NCBI GenBank assembly: GCA_036351155.1
Contig: JAZBOO010000281.1
Span: 1-22,350, forward strand
Direction of reading: 5' to 3'
Source: Candidatus Krumholzibacteriia bacterium
GTDB lineage: Bacteria; Krumholzibacteriota; Krumholzibacteriia; LZORAL124-64-63
Length of the DNA: 22,350 nt
Below the pieces are notes generated by a model. It worked only from the letters and a program-made list of their open reading frames with translations, did not search any database and was not told the origin of the DNA. The translations under genes and the position numbers were made by a program. Of this stretch, positions 1-8,635 are shown piece after piece (position 1 is the stretch's first letter; every line of letters starts with the position of its first letter).

Positions 1-2055
1 CTGAACGAGGTGGACGGCATCAAGCTGGCCGGAGGAAAAGATTTCGATCCCGACACCGGGCTGCTCAAGGAGGCTTCCGCCAAGCGATACCATCTGCACG
101 GGGAAAAGGCCCTGGAGCTGGCCGAGATGGCCCGCACCCGGTTGCCCTGGGAAGTCTCGGCCATCACGCGCAAGGAGACCACCCAGCGCCCCTCGCCGCC
201 CTTCACCACCTCGACGCTGCAACAGGCAGCCAGTGGCCGGCTCAGGATGACGCCCCAGCGGGTCATGCGCGTGGCCCAGCGGTTGTATGAGGGTGTGGCC
301 CTGGGCGGCGGTGTGCAGGAAGGTCTGATCACCTACATGAGGACCGACTCGCTGACCATGAGCGAGAAGGCCCTGGCCGAAGCCGAGCGCCTGATCCGCG
401 ACACCTACGGACCGGATTACACCGACGGTCCCCGCCGCTACAAGACCAAGGCCAAGGGAGCGCAGGAAGCTCACGAGGCCATCCGACCCACGATGATGTC
501 CCGGACCCCGGCCGAGGTGGCGAGCCATCTGGATCGGGAAGAGCTGGCCGTCTACGAACTCATCTGGAACCGCGCCGTGGCGTCGCAGATGACCCCGGCC
601 AAGCTGGACAAGACCGCCGTGGATTTCCAGGTGGAAGGCCCCGAGCACAAGCTGATCTTCCGGGCCAACGGGAGCATTGTCCGGTTTCCGGGCTTCCTCA
701 AGGTCTACGGTGACCGGGGCAAGGACGCGCTCTTGCCTGACCTCAGCGAGGGCATGGCCGTGGGTGGACCCAGCAGTTCCATCGACGTTCAGGAAGTGGA
801 GCACCTGCGCCACGAAACCCAGCCTCCCGCCCGGTACACCGAGGCCTCGCTGATCAAGAAGCTGGAGGAGGAAGGCATCGGCCGTCCCTCGACCTACGCG
901 TCGGTGATTGCCACCATCCAGAGCCGTGAGTACGTGGTCAAGAAGGGCGGCGCGCTCTTGCCGTCTTACATCGGGATGGCCGTCACCCATCTCCTGCGGG
1001 AGCATTTTCCCACCTACGTGGACCTGGCCTTCACCGCCTTCATGGAGACCGAGCTGGATCTCATCGCCTCCGGTGAGATGGACTGGGTGCAGTTCCTCGA
1101 TGATTTCTACCATGGTTCGGACCGGAACAAGCGGGGCCTCGAGAGAGCCATCGAGGAAGAACTCCCCGAGATCGATTTTCCCCGCCTGCCGGTGGGCACC
1201 GATCCGAAGACGGGCAAGCCCATCATCCTGCGCATCGGCCGCACCTACACCAACGTGCAGGTCGAGGGCGAGGATGATCGGCGGGCCACCTTGCCCGTGG
1301 ATCTGTTCATCGATGAGCTCACTCCCGAGAAGGCGCTGGACCTGATCGCGGCCACCGACAAGGCGCGCGAGCCCATCGGCCAGCACCCGGAAACCGGGCA
1401 GAACATCTACGCGCTGGTGGGGCCCTTCGGACCGTACCTGCAGCTGGGCGAGCTGGAGGGAGACAAGAAGCCCAAGCGGATCAGCCTGGGCAAGGGCACC
1501 GATCCCGGCTCCATCGACATGGAATACGCCCTGCGCCTGCTGAGCCTGCCCCGCGAAATCGGGACCTGTCCGGAAACGGGCAAGCCGGTGCGGGCCGGGC
1601 TGGGACGGTTTGGCCCCTACGTGGAGCGGGCCCGGGTGTTCGCCAGTGTGGAGAACGTGGAGACACTGTTCACCATCACCCTGGAAGAGGCCATCGAGAA
1701 GATCGTCAACAAGAACAAGAAGACCGTGCTGAAGGAACTGGGACCCCATCCCGAGTCCGGTGAACCCCTGCAGGTCCTGAAGGGTCGGTACGGCCCTTAC
1801 GTGACCTACAAGAAGGTCAACGCCACCATTGGCAAGGATCGCGATCCCGAAGATGTGACCATGGAAGATGCGCTCATGCTGCTGGCCGAGGCGGCCCAGC
1901 GCAAGGGGACCAAGAAGAAGACCACCAAGAAGAAAGCCACGAAGAAGAAGGTGGCCAAGAAGAAGGTCGCGAAAAAGAAGACCACCAAGAAAAAGGTCAC
2001 CAGGAAGAAGACGACCAAGAAGGTCGCCACCAAGCCGGCGCCCCGGGACGATTGA
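1..2055 (+). CDS. topA: Type IA DNA topoisomerase I (5'-truncated by window edge)
   Basis: Frame is open from position 1. Motifs PPFTTSTLQQ, AQRLYEG, catalytic ITYMRTDS, AQEAHEAIRPT and GIGRPSTYA. C-terminal G(R/P)(F/Y)GPY repeats and a Lys-rich tail. Confidence 0.98.
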   Translation: MNEVDGIKLAGGKDFDPDTGLLKEASAKRYHLHGEKALELAEMARTRLPWEVSAITRKETTQRPSPPFTTSTLQQAASGRLRMTPQRVMRVAQRLYEGVALGGGVQEGLITYMRTDSLTMSEKALAEAERLIRDTYGPDYTDGPRRYKTKAKGAQEAHEAIRPTMMSRTPAEVASHLDREELAVYELIWNRAVASQMTPAKLDKTAVDFQVEGPEHKLIFRANGSIVRFPGFLKVYGDRGKDALLPDLSEGMAVGGPSSSIDVQEVEHLRHETQPPARYTEASLIKKLEEEGIGRPSTYASVIATIQSREYVVKKGGALLPSYIGMAVTHLLREHFPTYVDLAFTAFMETELDLIASGEMDWVQFLDDFYHGSDRNKRGLERAIEEELPEIDFPRLPVGTDPKTGKPIILRIGRTYTNVQVEGEDDRRATLPVDLFIDELTPEKALDLIAATDKAREPIGQHPETGQNIYALVGPFGPYLQLGELEGDKKPKRISLGKGTDPGSIDMEYALRLLSLPREIGTCPETGKPVRAGLGRFGPYVERARVFASVENVETLFTITLEEAIEKIVNKNKKTVLKELGPHPESGEPLQVLKGRYGPYVTYKKVNATIGKDRDPEDVTMEDALMLLAEAAQRKGTKKKTTKKKATKKKVAKKKVAKKKTTKKKVTRKKTTKKVATKPAPRDD
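1912..2031 (+). repeat. Imperfect 15-bp coding tandem repeat (about 8 units) encoding KKKxx pentapeptides in the TopA tail
   Basis: aagaagaagaccacc / aagaagaaagccacg / aagaagaaggtggcc / aagaagaaggtcgcg / aaaaagaagaccacc / aagaaaaaggtcacc / aggaagaagacgacc / aagaaggtcgccacc = KKKTT KKKAT KKKVA KKKVA KKKTT KKKVT RKKTT KKVAT. Confidence 0.9.
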
Positions 2056-3401
2056 TGAGTGGGCCTGATTTTTCCGTCACGGTGGTAGGCGGAGGCCTGG
2101 CCGGCTGTGAAGCGGCCCTGCAACTCGGTAGCCGCGGTATTGCTACCCGGCTGATGGAGATGCGCCCCACCCGCCCCACCGCTGCGCACAGGACCGGCGA
2201 CCTGGCCGAGATCGTCTGTTCCAACTCCCTCAAGAGCACCGTCCCCAGCACAGGGTCCGGCCTTCTGAAGCTGGAAATGGCCCGGCTGGGGGCCCAGCTG
2301 CTGACCTGTGCTCAGAAGGCTGCTGTGCCGGCCGGCGCGGCTCTGGCCGTGGATGCGGCCGCCTTCAGTCGAGAGGTGACCACGGCCCTGGAACAGCAGG
2401 AATGCGTCACGGTGGTCAGAGAAGAGGTGCATGATCTGCCCCTTCTGGAGAACCACCTCTGGATCCTGGCCACCGGCCCCCTGACCTCGCCCACCTTGAT
2501 CGAGGCCATCGGCCAGATGACGGGGCAGCCCGCTCTTCACTTCTACGATGCCATTGCGCCCACGGTCACCCTGGAAAGCCTGGACCTGGATGTGCTGTAC
2601 CGTGCGGCGCGTTACGACAAGGGCGACGCCGACTACCTCAATGCAGCGCTGAACAAGGAGCAATACGAGGCCTTGTACGAAGGGCTGATTTCCTCGGAAA
2701 AAGCCCAGCTGCATTCCTTCGACCGCAGCGAGCTTTTCGACGGGTGCCAGCCCATCGAGGCCATCGCCGCCTCGGGGCCGCGGTCCCTGGCTTTCGGGCC
2801 CTTGCGGCCGGTGGGTCTGCACGATCCCCGGACCGGAAAGCGTCCGCACGCGGTGGTGCAGCTGCGCCAGGAAAATCTGGAGGGGACCCTGTACGGACTG
2901 GTGGGCTTCCAGACCCAGCTCAAGCACGGCGAACAAAAGCGGGTGTTCCGGCAAATCCCCGGCCTGGAAAAGGCCGAGTTCGTGCGGCTGGGACAGCTTC
3001 ATCGAAATTTTTTCTGTGACAGCCCGCGTTGCCTGAACCCCGACTTCAGCCTGAAGCAGCGCCCCGATGTTTTTCTGGCCGGCCAGATGACCGGCGTGGA
3101 GGGGTACGTGGAATCCATGGCCTCCGGGTTGCTGACCGCTCGCCAGGTCGCCGCGCGGCTGCGTGGACGGACCGTGCCGGCCTTGCCCATGGAGACCATG
3201 ATGGGGTCTCTGCTCAACGGTTTTCTTTTCGACACCACCGCCCAGCCTTTTTCGCCCATGAACGTCAACTTCGGCCTGGTGCCCGACCTCACCGAAAAGG
3301 TACGCGGCAAGCAGGGCCGCAAGCTGGCCAAGTCCGATCGCGCCCTCGTCGCTCTGGAGCAATGGCTCCAGGCCAATCCGGACGATGACATATCCCGCTG
3401 A
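2055..3401 (+). CDS. trmFO: FAD/folate-dependent tRNA (uracil-54-C5)-methyltransferase TrmFO (Gid)
   Basis: GGGLAGCEAA FAD-binding motif, AEIVCSNSLKS, FYDAIAP, GCQPIE, VGFQT, AGQMTGVEGYVES and PMNVNFGL. ATG at 2055 overlaps the topA TGA. topA-trmFO-xerC-hslVU synteny. Confidence 0.97.
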   Translation: MSGPDFSVTVVGGGLAGCEAALQLGSRGIATRLMEMRPTRPTAAHRTGDLAEIVCSNSLKSTVPSTGSGLLKLEMARLGAQLLTCAQKAAVPAGAALAVDAAAFSREVTTALEQQECVTVVREEVHDLPLLENHLWILATGPLTSPTLIEAIGQMTGQPALHFYDAIAPTVTLESLDLDVLYRAARYDKGDADYLNAALNKEQYEALYEGLISSEKAQLHSFDRSELFDGCQPIEAIAASGPRSLAFGPLRPVGLHDPRTGKRPHAVVQLRQENLEGTLYGLVGFQTQLKHGEQKRVFRQIPGLEKAEFVRLGQLHRNFFCDSPRCLNPDFSLKQRPDVFLAGQMTGVEGYVESMASGLLTARQVAARLRGRTVPALPMETMMGSLLNGFLFDTTAQPFSPMNVNFGLVPDLTEKVRGKQGRKLAKSDRALVALEQWLQANPDDDISR

Positions 3402-3419
3402 AGTCCCTATGATCCCTTC

Positions 3420-4361
3420 ATGAAACCTTTCCTTGAATATCTGGCGGTGGAAAAGGGTATGAGTCCCCGTACGGTGGAAGCGTATGGCCGTGATGTGGCC
3501 GCGTTTCTGGAGACTGCGGTGGCTTTCGGCATCATGGACCCTCCCGCCGGGCCCGACCAGTGGGGACGCCTGGAGGGCCAGAGAGGGTTGATCCGGGGAC
3601 ATCTGGCTCTTCTGCGCAAGCAGAATCGACGCCTCACCACCCTGGATCGGCAGCTGGCTGGTATCCGGTCCTTTTACCGCTATCTTGTGGCCACGGGACA
3701 GGTCCAGGCGGTGCCCGACAACCTCAGCGCGGGACGGGGCGGCCGCGAGAAAAGACTGCCCCGGGACCTGACGGTCGAGATGACCGAACAGATTCTGGAG
3801 CTGCCCGACACGGGGACGGCGCGGGGCTTGCGTGATCGGGCCATCCTGGAAATGATCTACGGCCTGGGATTGCGCCTGTCCGAGCTGGTGGAGCTGAACC
3901 TGGGCGATGTCGACTGGCCCCAGGCCAGAATCAAGGTGCTGGGCAAGGGCAACCGTGAGCGGATGCTGCCTCTGGCCGGGTGTGCCGCCACGGCGCTGGC
4001 TGCCTACCTCGAATCGCGGCTGGAACCTGTGCTCTGGCGTGACCACCAGGACGGATTGACTGCCCGGCACGCGGCCGACCATGTCTTCGAGGGACGTCCC
4101 GGCCGCCGGATTGCGAGACGCACAGTGCAGACGCGCGTGGCCCATTACGCGACGGAACTGGCGGGACTCAGCGGGGTATCACCCCACACCCTGCGCCACA
4201 GCTTCGCCACCCATCTTCTGGAGGGGGGAGCGGGTATCCGGGTCGTCCAGGAGCTTCTGGGACACCGGAACCTGGCCACCACCCAGATCTACACGCACCT
4301 GAGCCGTGGTCGACTGCGCGACGCCTTTCAGTCCGCACACCCACGTGCCAAGAAGAAGTGA
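3420..4361 (+). CDS. xerC: Tyrosine recombinase XerC
   Basis: Intact catalytic residues in GLRLSEL, GKGN, HTLRHSFATHLL, LLGH and TTQIYTH, with an HPRA C-terminus. Position between trmFO and hslV favours XerC over XerD. Confidence 0.88.
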   Translation: MKPFLEYLAVEKGMSPRTVEAYGRDVAAFLETAVAFGIMDPPAGPDQWGRLEGQRGLIRGHLALLRKQNRRLTTLDRQLAGIRSFYRYLVATGQVQAVPDNLSAGRGGREKRLPRDLTVEMTEQILELPDTGTARGLRDRAILEMIYGLGLRLSELVELNLGDVDWPQARIKVLGKGNRERMLPLAGCAATALAAYLESRLEPVLWRDHQDGLTARHAADHVFEGRPGRRIARRTVQTRVAHYATELAGLSGVSPHTLRHSFATHLLEGGAGIRVVQELLGHRNLATTQIYTHLSRGRLRDAFQSAHPRAKKK

Positions 4362-4377
4362 ATCCAAGGAGTACCGG

Positions 4378-4932
4378 ATGGAAATCAGATCGACCACAGT
4401 CCTGGCCGTGCTGCGGGATGGCCAGGGAGCCATCGGCAGTGACGGTCAGGTGACACTGGGCAACACGGTGGCCAAGCATGGCGCCGTGAAGGTGCGCACC
4501 CTTTTCGGAGGCAAGGTCCTGGCCGGGTTTGCCGGCGGAGCGGCCGATGCCTTCAGCCTGTTCGAAAAATTCGAAGGACATCTCGAACGCTATCGTGGCC
4601 ATCTGAAACGCGCCACGGTGGAGATGGCCCGGGAATGGCGCTCGGACAAGTTTCTGCGGCGGCTGGAGGCGATGATGATCGTCATGGACAAGGACGACAT
4701 CTTCACCGTGTCGGGCAACGGGGATATCATCGAGAGCGATGACGATGTGGCGGCCATCGGCTCCGGCGGGCCCTACGCCTTTGCTGCGGCCCGTGCCCTG
4801 GTGGAGAACACCGACCTGCCCGCCCGGGACATCTGCCAAAAAGGGCTGCACCTGGCGGGCGAAATTTGCATTTACACCAACACCCACTTGACGGTTCTGG
4901 GTCTCGATGACCCACCCGCCGAGTCCAGATAG
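4378..4932 (+). CDS. hslV: ATP-dependent protease peptidase subunit HslV (ClpQ)
   Basis: SD AAGGAG at 4366-4371, ATG at 4378. MEIRS-TTVLAV suggests a short propeptide before the Thr nucleophile. Motifs DGQVT, GFAG, RRLEAM and IGSGG. Confidence 0.97.
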   Translation: MEIRSTTVLAVLRDGQGAIGSDGQVTLGNTVAKHGAVKVRTLFGGKVLAGFAGGAADAFSLFEKFEGHLERYRGHLKRATVEMAREWRSDKFLRRLEAMMIVMDKDDIFTVSGNGDIIESDDDVAAIGSGGPYAFAAARALVENTDLPARDICQKGLHLAGEICIYTNTHLTVLGLDDPPAESR

Positions 4933-4956
4933 AACACTGGGAAAGCCGAGATTTTC

Positions 4957-6315
4957 ATGCGCGTGAAACAGATCGAAACCAAGCGGATGTGGACTTGCCC
5001 CGAAATCGTGGCCATGCTCGACCGCTACATCATCGGGCAGGACGAAGCCAAGAAATCCGTGGCCATCGCCCTGCGGAACCGCTGGCGCCGCATGCAGCTG
5101 CCGGACGGAATCCGTGGTGAGGTGGTGCCCAACAACATCATCCTGATCGGACCGACCGGGGTGGGCAAGACCGAGATCGCCCGGCGTCTGTCTCAGCTGG
5201 CCGACCTGCCTTTTCTCAAGGTCGAGGCCACCAAGTTCACGGAGAAGGGTTACGTGGGTCGAGATGTCGATTCCATGGTGCGTGACCTGGTGGAAAACGC
5301 CATCGCCCTGGTGCGCCGGAAGGCCGAAGACAGGGTGTCTCAGGACATCGATCACGCCGTGGAGGAGAAGCTGGTGGATATCCTGTTTCCTCCCTTGACC
5401 GGGATGGACGACGATCCGGACCGCCGTGCCCGGTGGGAACGCAGCCGTGAGAAGATCCGCGGTCAGCTGAACGACGGCGTCCTTGACGACAAGGAAGTCA
5501 CCATCAGCGCCCAGCAAAGTAGCGTGCCCATCGCCAATATTTTCACCTCGGCGGGCGAGGAGTTCGACGCCTCCTTCGGGGAAAGCCTGAAGGGGCTGTT
5601 CCCCAAGAAGAGCACCGAGAAAAAGGTGCCCGTGGGCAAGGCCCGCAAGCTGCTTCGAGACCAGGAATCCGAGGCGCGGCTGGACATGGAACAGATCACC
5701 GCCGAGGCCATCACCCTGGTCGAGAACGGCGGCATCATCTTTCTGGATGAGATCGACAAGATCGCCGGGGGACGCGGAGGCGGGTCGGGACCCGATGTCA
5801 GCCGGGAAGGGGTACAGCGCGACCTGTTGCCCATCGTCGAGGGCAGCGCCGTGAGCACCAAGCACGGACCGGTCAAGACCGACCACGTGCTGTTCATCGC
5901 TGCGGGCGCTTTCCACATGAGCAAGCCCAGCGATCTGATTCCCGAGCTGCAGGGGCGCTTCCCCATCCGGGTGGAGCTGAGCAGCTTGACCGCCGCGGAC
6001 TTCGTGAAGATCCTCCGGGACACCCACGGCAGTCTGGTTCAGCAGTACCAGGCTCTGCTCAAGGTCGATGGCTGCGACGTCACCTTCACCGACGATGCCA
6101 TCGAGGAACTGGCCGACCTGGCCGCCGAGCTCAACAAGCGGATGGAGAATATCGGCGCGCGTCGCTTGCAGACCATTTTTGCCCAGCTGCTCGATGATGT
6201 CATGTACGAGGTGCCCGAGACGCCAAAGGCCCAGCTGATGGTCGACAAGGAATTTGTTTCCAATCGCTTACGCGACATCATCCGGGACGAGGATCTGTCC
6301 CGTTACATTCTCTGA
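4957..6315 (+). CDS. hslU: ATP-dependent protease ATPase subunit HslU (ClpY)
   Basis: IIGQDEAKK, Walker A GPTGVGKT, pore motif GYVG, Walker B IIFLDEIDK, GVQRDLLP, ENIGARRL and C-terminal DLSRYIL. Confidence 0.98.
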   Translation: MRVKQIETKRMWTCPEIVAMLDRYIIGQDEAKKSVAIALRNRWRRMQLPDGIRGEVVPNNIILIGPTGVGKTEIARRLSQLADLPFLKVEATKFTEKGYVGRDVDSMVRDLVENAIALVRRKAEDRVSQDIDHAVEEKLVDILFPPLTGMDDDPDRRARWERSREKIRGQLNDGVLDDKEVTISAQQSSVPIANIFTSAGEEFDASFGESLKGLFPKKSTEKKVPVGKARKLLRDQESEARLDMEQITAEAITLVENGGIIFLDEIDKIAGGRGGGSGPDVSREGVQRDLLPIVEGSAVSTKHGPVKTDHVLFIAAGAFHMSKPSDLIPELQGRFPIRVELSSLTAADFVKILRDTHGSLVQQYQALLKVDGCDVTFTDDAIEELADLAAELNKRMENIGARRLQTIFAQLLDDVMYEVPETPKAQLMVDKEFVSNRLRDIIRDEDLSRYIL

Positions 6316-6345
6316 GCCCGGGGCCGGGAAATTTCGCTCTGGTGG

Positions 6346-6373
6346 TGGACTCCCGGCTCAAATAGGCTATTTT
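6346..6373 (+). promoter_or_regulatory. Possible sigma70-type promoter for the argF-lipoprotein-dapFAB unit
   Basis: TGGACT-N16-TATTTT in the 103-bp hslU-argF gap. Imperfect match to consensus. Confidence 0.3.
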
Positions 6374-6418
6374 GGCGGGGCAACAAAGCTTTTTGGGACC
6401 TTGACCGGAGGAACGAAC

Positions 6419-7330
6419 GTGTCGAAAAAAGACTTCCTGGCCATCGACGACCACAGCTACGAGGAACTGCGTGCGATTCTGGACCTGGCCAAGGAGCAGA
6501 AGCCCCTGGCCCGCAACCACGAACTTCCCCATACCCTTCCCAACCGGGTGCTCGCCTGTGTCTTTGCCAAGCCCAGTCTGCGGACCCGGGTCAGCTTCGA
6601 GGTCGCCATGCGTCAGCTGGGCGGCGAGAGCATGTTCATCACGGACAAGGAAATCGGTCTCGGCACGCGCGAATCCGTTTACGATGTGGCCAAGGTCATG
6701 AGTCGGTTTGCCGATGGCATCATGATCCGCTGGTTCGACCACCAGGAAGTGGTGGACCTGGCCAATCACGCCACCGTCCCGGTCATCAACGGTTTGACCG
6801 ACCTGAATCACCCGTGCCAGGTGATGGCCGACATCATGACCATCGAGGAACACCTGGGCACCATCGAGGGCAAGAACGTGGTCATGGTGGGCGACGGCAA
6901 CAATCTGGCCGTCAGCTGGCTGAACGCCGCCATCAAGTTCCCCTTCAACTTCATCCTGGCCTGCCCCAAGGGTTTCGAGCCCGATGAAGCCACCGTCCAG
7001 AAGGCCGAGGCCGCCGGCGCGTCCTTCATGATCACCAACGACCCCATGGAAGCCGTCGAGGACGCCCATGTGATCTACGGCGACGCCTTCTACAGCATGG
7101 GTCAGGAAGAAGAGGCTGTGCAGCGCCGCAAGGCTTTTGCGCCCTTCCAGATCAACGGCGAACTTTGTGCCCGGGCGGACAAGGACCACATCGTCCTGCA
7201 CTGCCTGCCGGCTCATCGTGGGGAAGAGATCACCGACGAGGTCATGGACGGACCCCACTCGGTGGTGTTCGACGAGGCCGAGAACCGTATGCACGCTCAG
7301 CGTGCCATCATCGCCACCCTGCTGAAGTAG
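6419..7330 (+). CDS. argF: Ornithine carbamoyltransferase
   Basis: GTG start at 6419 after a GGAGG SD. Carbamoyl-phosphate motif PSLRT, HPCQ, GDGNN, ornithine loop DAFYSMG, HCLP and AENRMH. Confidence 0.95.
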   Translation: MSKKDFLAIDDHSYEELRAILDLAKEQKPLARNHELPHTLPNRVLACVFAKPSLRTRVSFEVAMRQLGGESMFITDKEIGLGTRESVYDVAKVMSRFADGIMIRWFDHQEVVDLANHATVPVINGLTDLNHPCQVMADIMTIEEHLGTIEGKNVVMVGDGNNLAVSWLNAAIKFPFNFILACPKGFEPDEATVQKAEAAGASFMITNDPMEAVEDAHVIYGDAFYSMGQEEEAVQRRKAFAPFQINGELCARADKDHIVLHCLPAHRGEEITDEVMDGPHSVVFDEAENRMHAQRAIIATLLK

Positions 7331-7339
7331 GAGGCTGCG

Positions 7340-8635
7340 ATCAGGATTCCTTCGCGCAACCATCCGCCGCGGAATCTTCCGGGCCTGGCCGTTCGCCTCG
7401 TGCTGACGGCCGGGCTCAGCCTGCTGGCCGCCTGTGCCGTGGTCGAAGCCCCGCCCGGAGGACCCCAGGATACAGATCCACCTTTTGTCACCTTCGTCAT
7501 GCCCGACAGCGGAGCCACCGATCTGGGTCTGGTCAAGACCCTGCGCATCGCCTTTTCCGAGAAGATGGATCGCCAGCCGGCCACCAGCTGGCTTCATTTT
7601 TTCCCGGATCAACGGGTGAAGAAAACGAAGTGGAAGGGCGCCACGGTGGCCGAGGTGGAGCTGGAGGACTATCTGCCGGCTGACACCCTCATCGTGGTGG
7701 AAATCGCCGGCGGCATGAAGGACGCCCACAAGGTCCCCAATCCTCAGGGGCGCCGTTTTCCCATCGCCACCGGTGACAGCATTCCGCTGGGGAGCCTGGC
7801 CGGGTTGCTCCTGCTGGAGGGCGAGCCCCTGGCCGACGCCGTGGTGGAACTGTTCAGCCTGGAACCTGACTCCCTGGAATACTACCAGCGCCCACTGGTG
7901 CGCCGCACCGAAACCGATGACAAGGGCGCCTACCGTTTCAACTGGCTGCCGGTGCCCGGCGGACCCTGGGTGGCCCGCGCGTTCGGGCGGTCAGGCGGAA
8001 GCCTGCGTCCCGGAGACAATGATCCGCAACGGCTCCTTCCCGACACCTTGAGTCTGACCGCCGAAGAACCCCTCCGCCTGGTGGATGTCGTCACGTTGTA
8101 CAAGCATGACACTCCGGGCCGGCTCCTGGTAGGACCGTTTGCTCCGGGACCCTACCCGGGCGAGGTGTTCGCCTTTGCGCGGATCATCAGCGATGCCGAC
8201 ACCGGTTACGTGGCCCGCGCCATTCCACGGGGCCAGGCCGAACTGAGTTTCCTTTTCCCGGACACCGGCGGCGTGGTCGATCCCGTGCCGCCGGGGACCG
8301 TGCGGGTCATCGCCTTTGTCGATGTGGATGCCGATTCCAGCTTCAGCGTGGTGCCCGACACTGTCCTGGGCGCCGAAGTGGCCGCCCGCACCGACACCGT
8401 CACCTGGTATCTGGAGCCCTGGACCATGGTGGAAGGCCTTCAGGTCGAGCCCGGGTTGCCTGGCGAATTCGTGTTTCCCCTCTGGACAGACAGCCTGGTG
8501 GTGGCGCAGCCTCCTCCGGTGGCTCCGGCCCTCCCGGCCATGTCCGACTCCCTGGCGGCGCTCCTGGCGGACAGCCTGGGATTCGCCGTCCCCGACACTC
8601 TGACCACCCCGATTTCCTCTCCCGGAGAGAAGTGA
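7340..8635 (+). CDS. Lipoprotein with N-terminal bacterial Ig-like (Big_5-type) domain and further beta-sandwich domains; start probably ATC at 7340 (ORF track uses GTG 7400)
   Basis: Lipobox LAAC followed by the PPGGPQDTDPP and FSEKMD signature of Ig-like-domain lipoproteins common in FCB bacteria. TDDKGAYRF and AFVDVDADSSF segments. Pro/Ala-rich tail. Confidence 0.8.
   Translation: MRIPSRNHPPRNLPGLAVRLVLTAGLSLLAACAVVEAPPGGPQDTDPPFVTFVMPDSGATDLGLVKTLRIAFSEKMDRQPATSWLHFFPDQRVKKTKWKGATVAEVELEDYLPADTLIVVEIAGGMKDAHKVPNPQGRRFPIATGDSIPLGSLAGLLLLEGEPLADAVVELFSLEPDSLEYYQRPLVRRTETDDKGAYRFNWLPVPGGPWVARAFGRSGGSLRPGDNDPQRLLPDTLSLTAEEPLRLVDVVTLYKHDTPGRLLVGPFAPGPYPGEVFAFARIISDADTGYVARAIPRGQAELSFLFPDTGGVVDPVPPGTVRVIAFVDVDADSSFSVVPDTVLGAEVAARTDTVTWYLEPWTMVEGLQVEPGLPGEFVFPLWTDSLVVAQPPPVAPALPAMSDSLAALLADSLGFAVPDTLTTPISSPGEK

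Noticed and set aside
3409..3423. Mini-ORF ATG ATC CCT TCA TGA overlapping the xerC start
   Set aside because: Four codons with no SD, easily a chance occurrence.
1806..6027. Very long minus-strand ORFs (779 aa, 619 aa; similar ones at 6278-7729, 15095-16744, 19570-21186, 21217-22238)
   Set aside because: Antisense shadows of well-supported + strand genes, expected from high-GC codon bias. They show no recognisable motifs.
6419..7330. SLRT instead of STRT suggesting N-acetyl/N-succinyl-ornithine transcarbamylase
   Set aside because: The DxxxSMG ornithine-binding loop and HCLP are present, as in ordinary OTCases.
7328..7330. Amber readthrough/pyrrolysine fusion of ArgF to the lipoprotein
   Set aside because: ArgF ends at its normal length, the downstream ORF has its own SD and signal peptide, and a cytoplasmic enzyme fused ahead of a lipoprotein signal is implausible.
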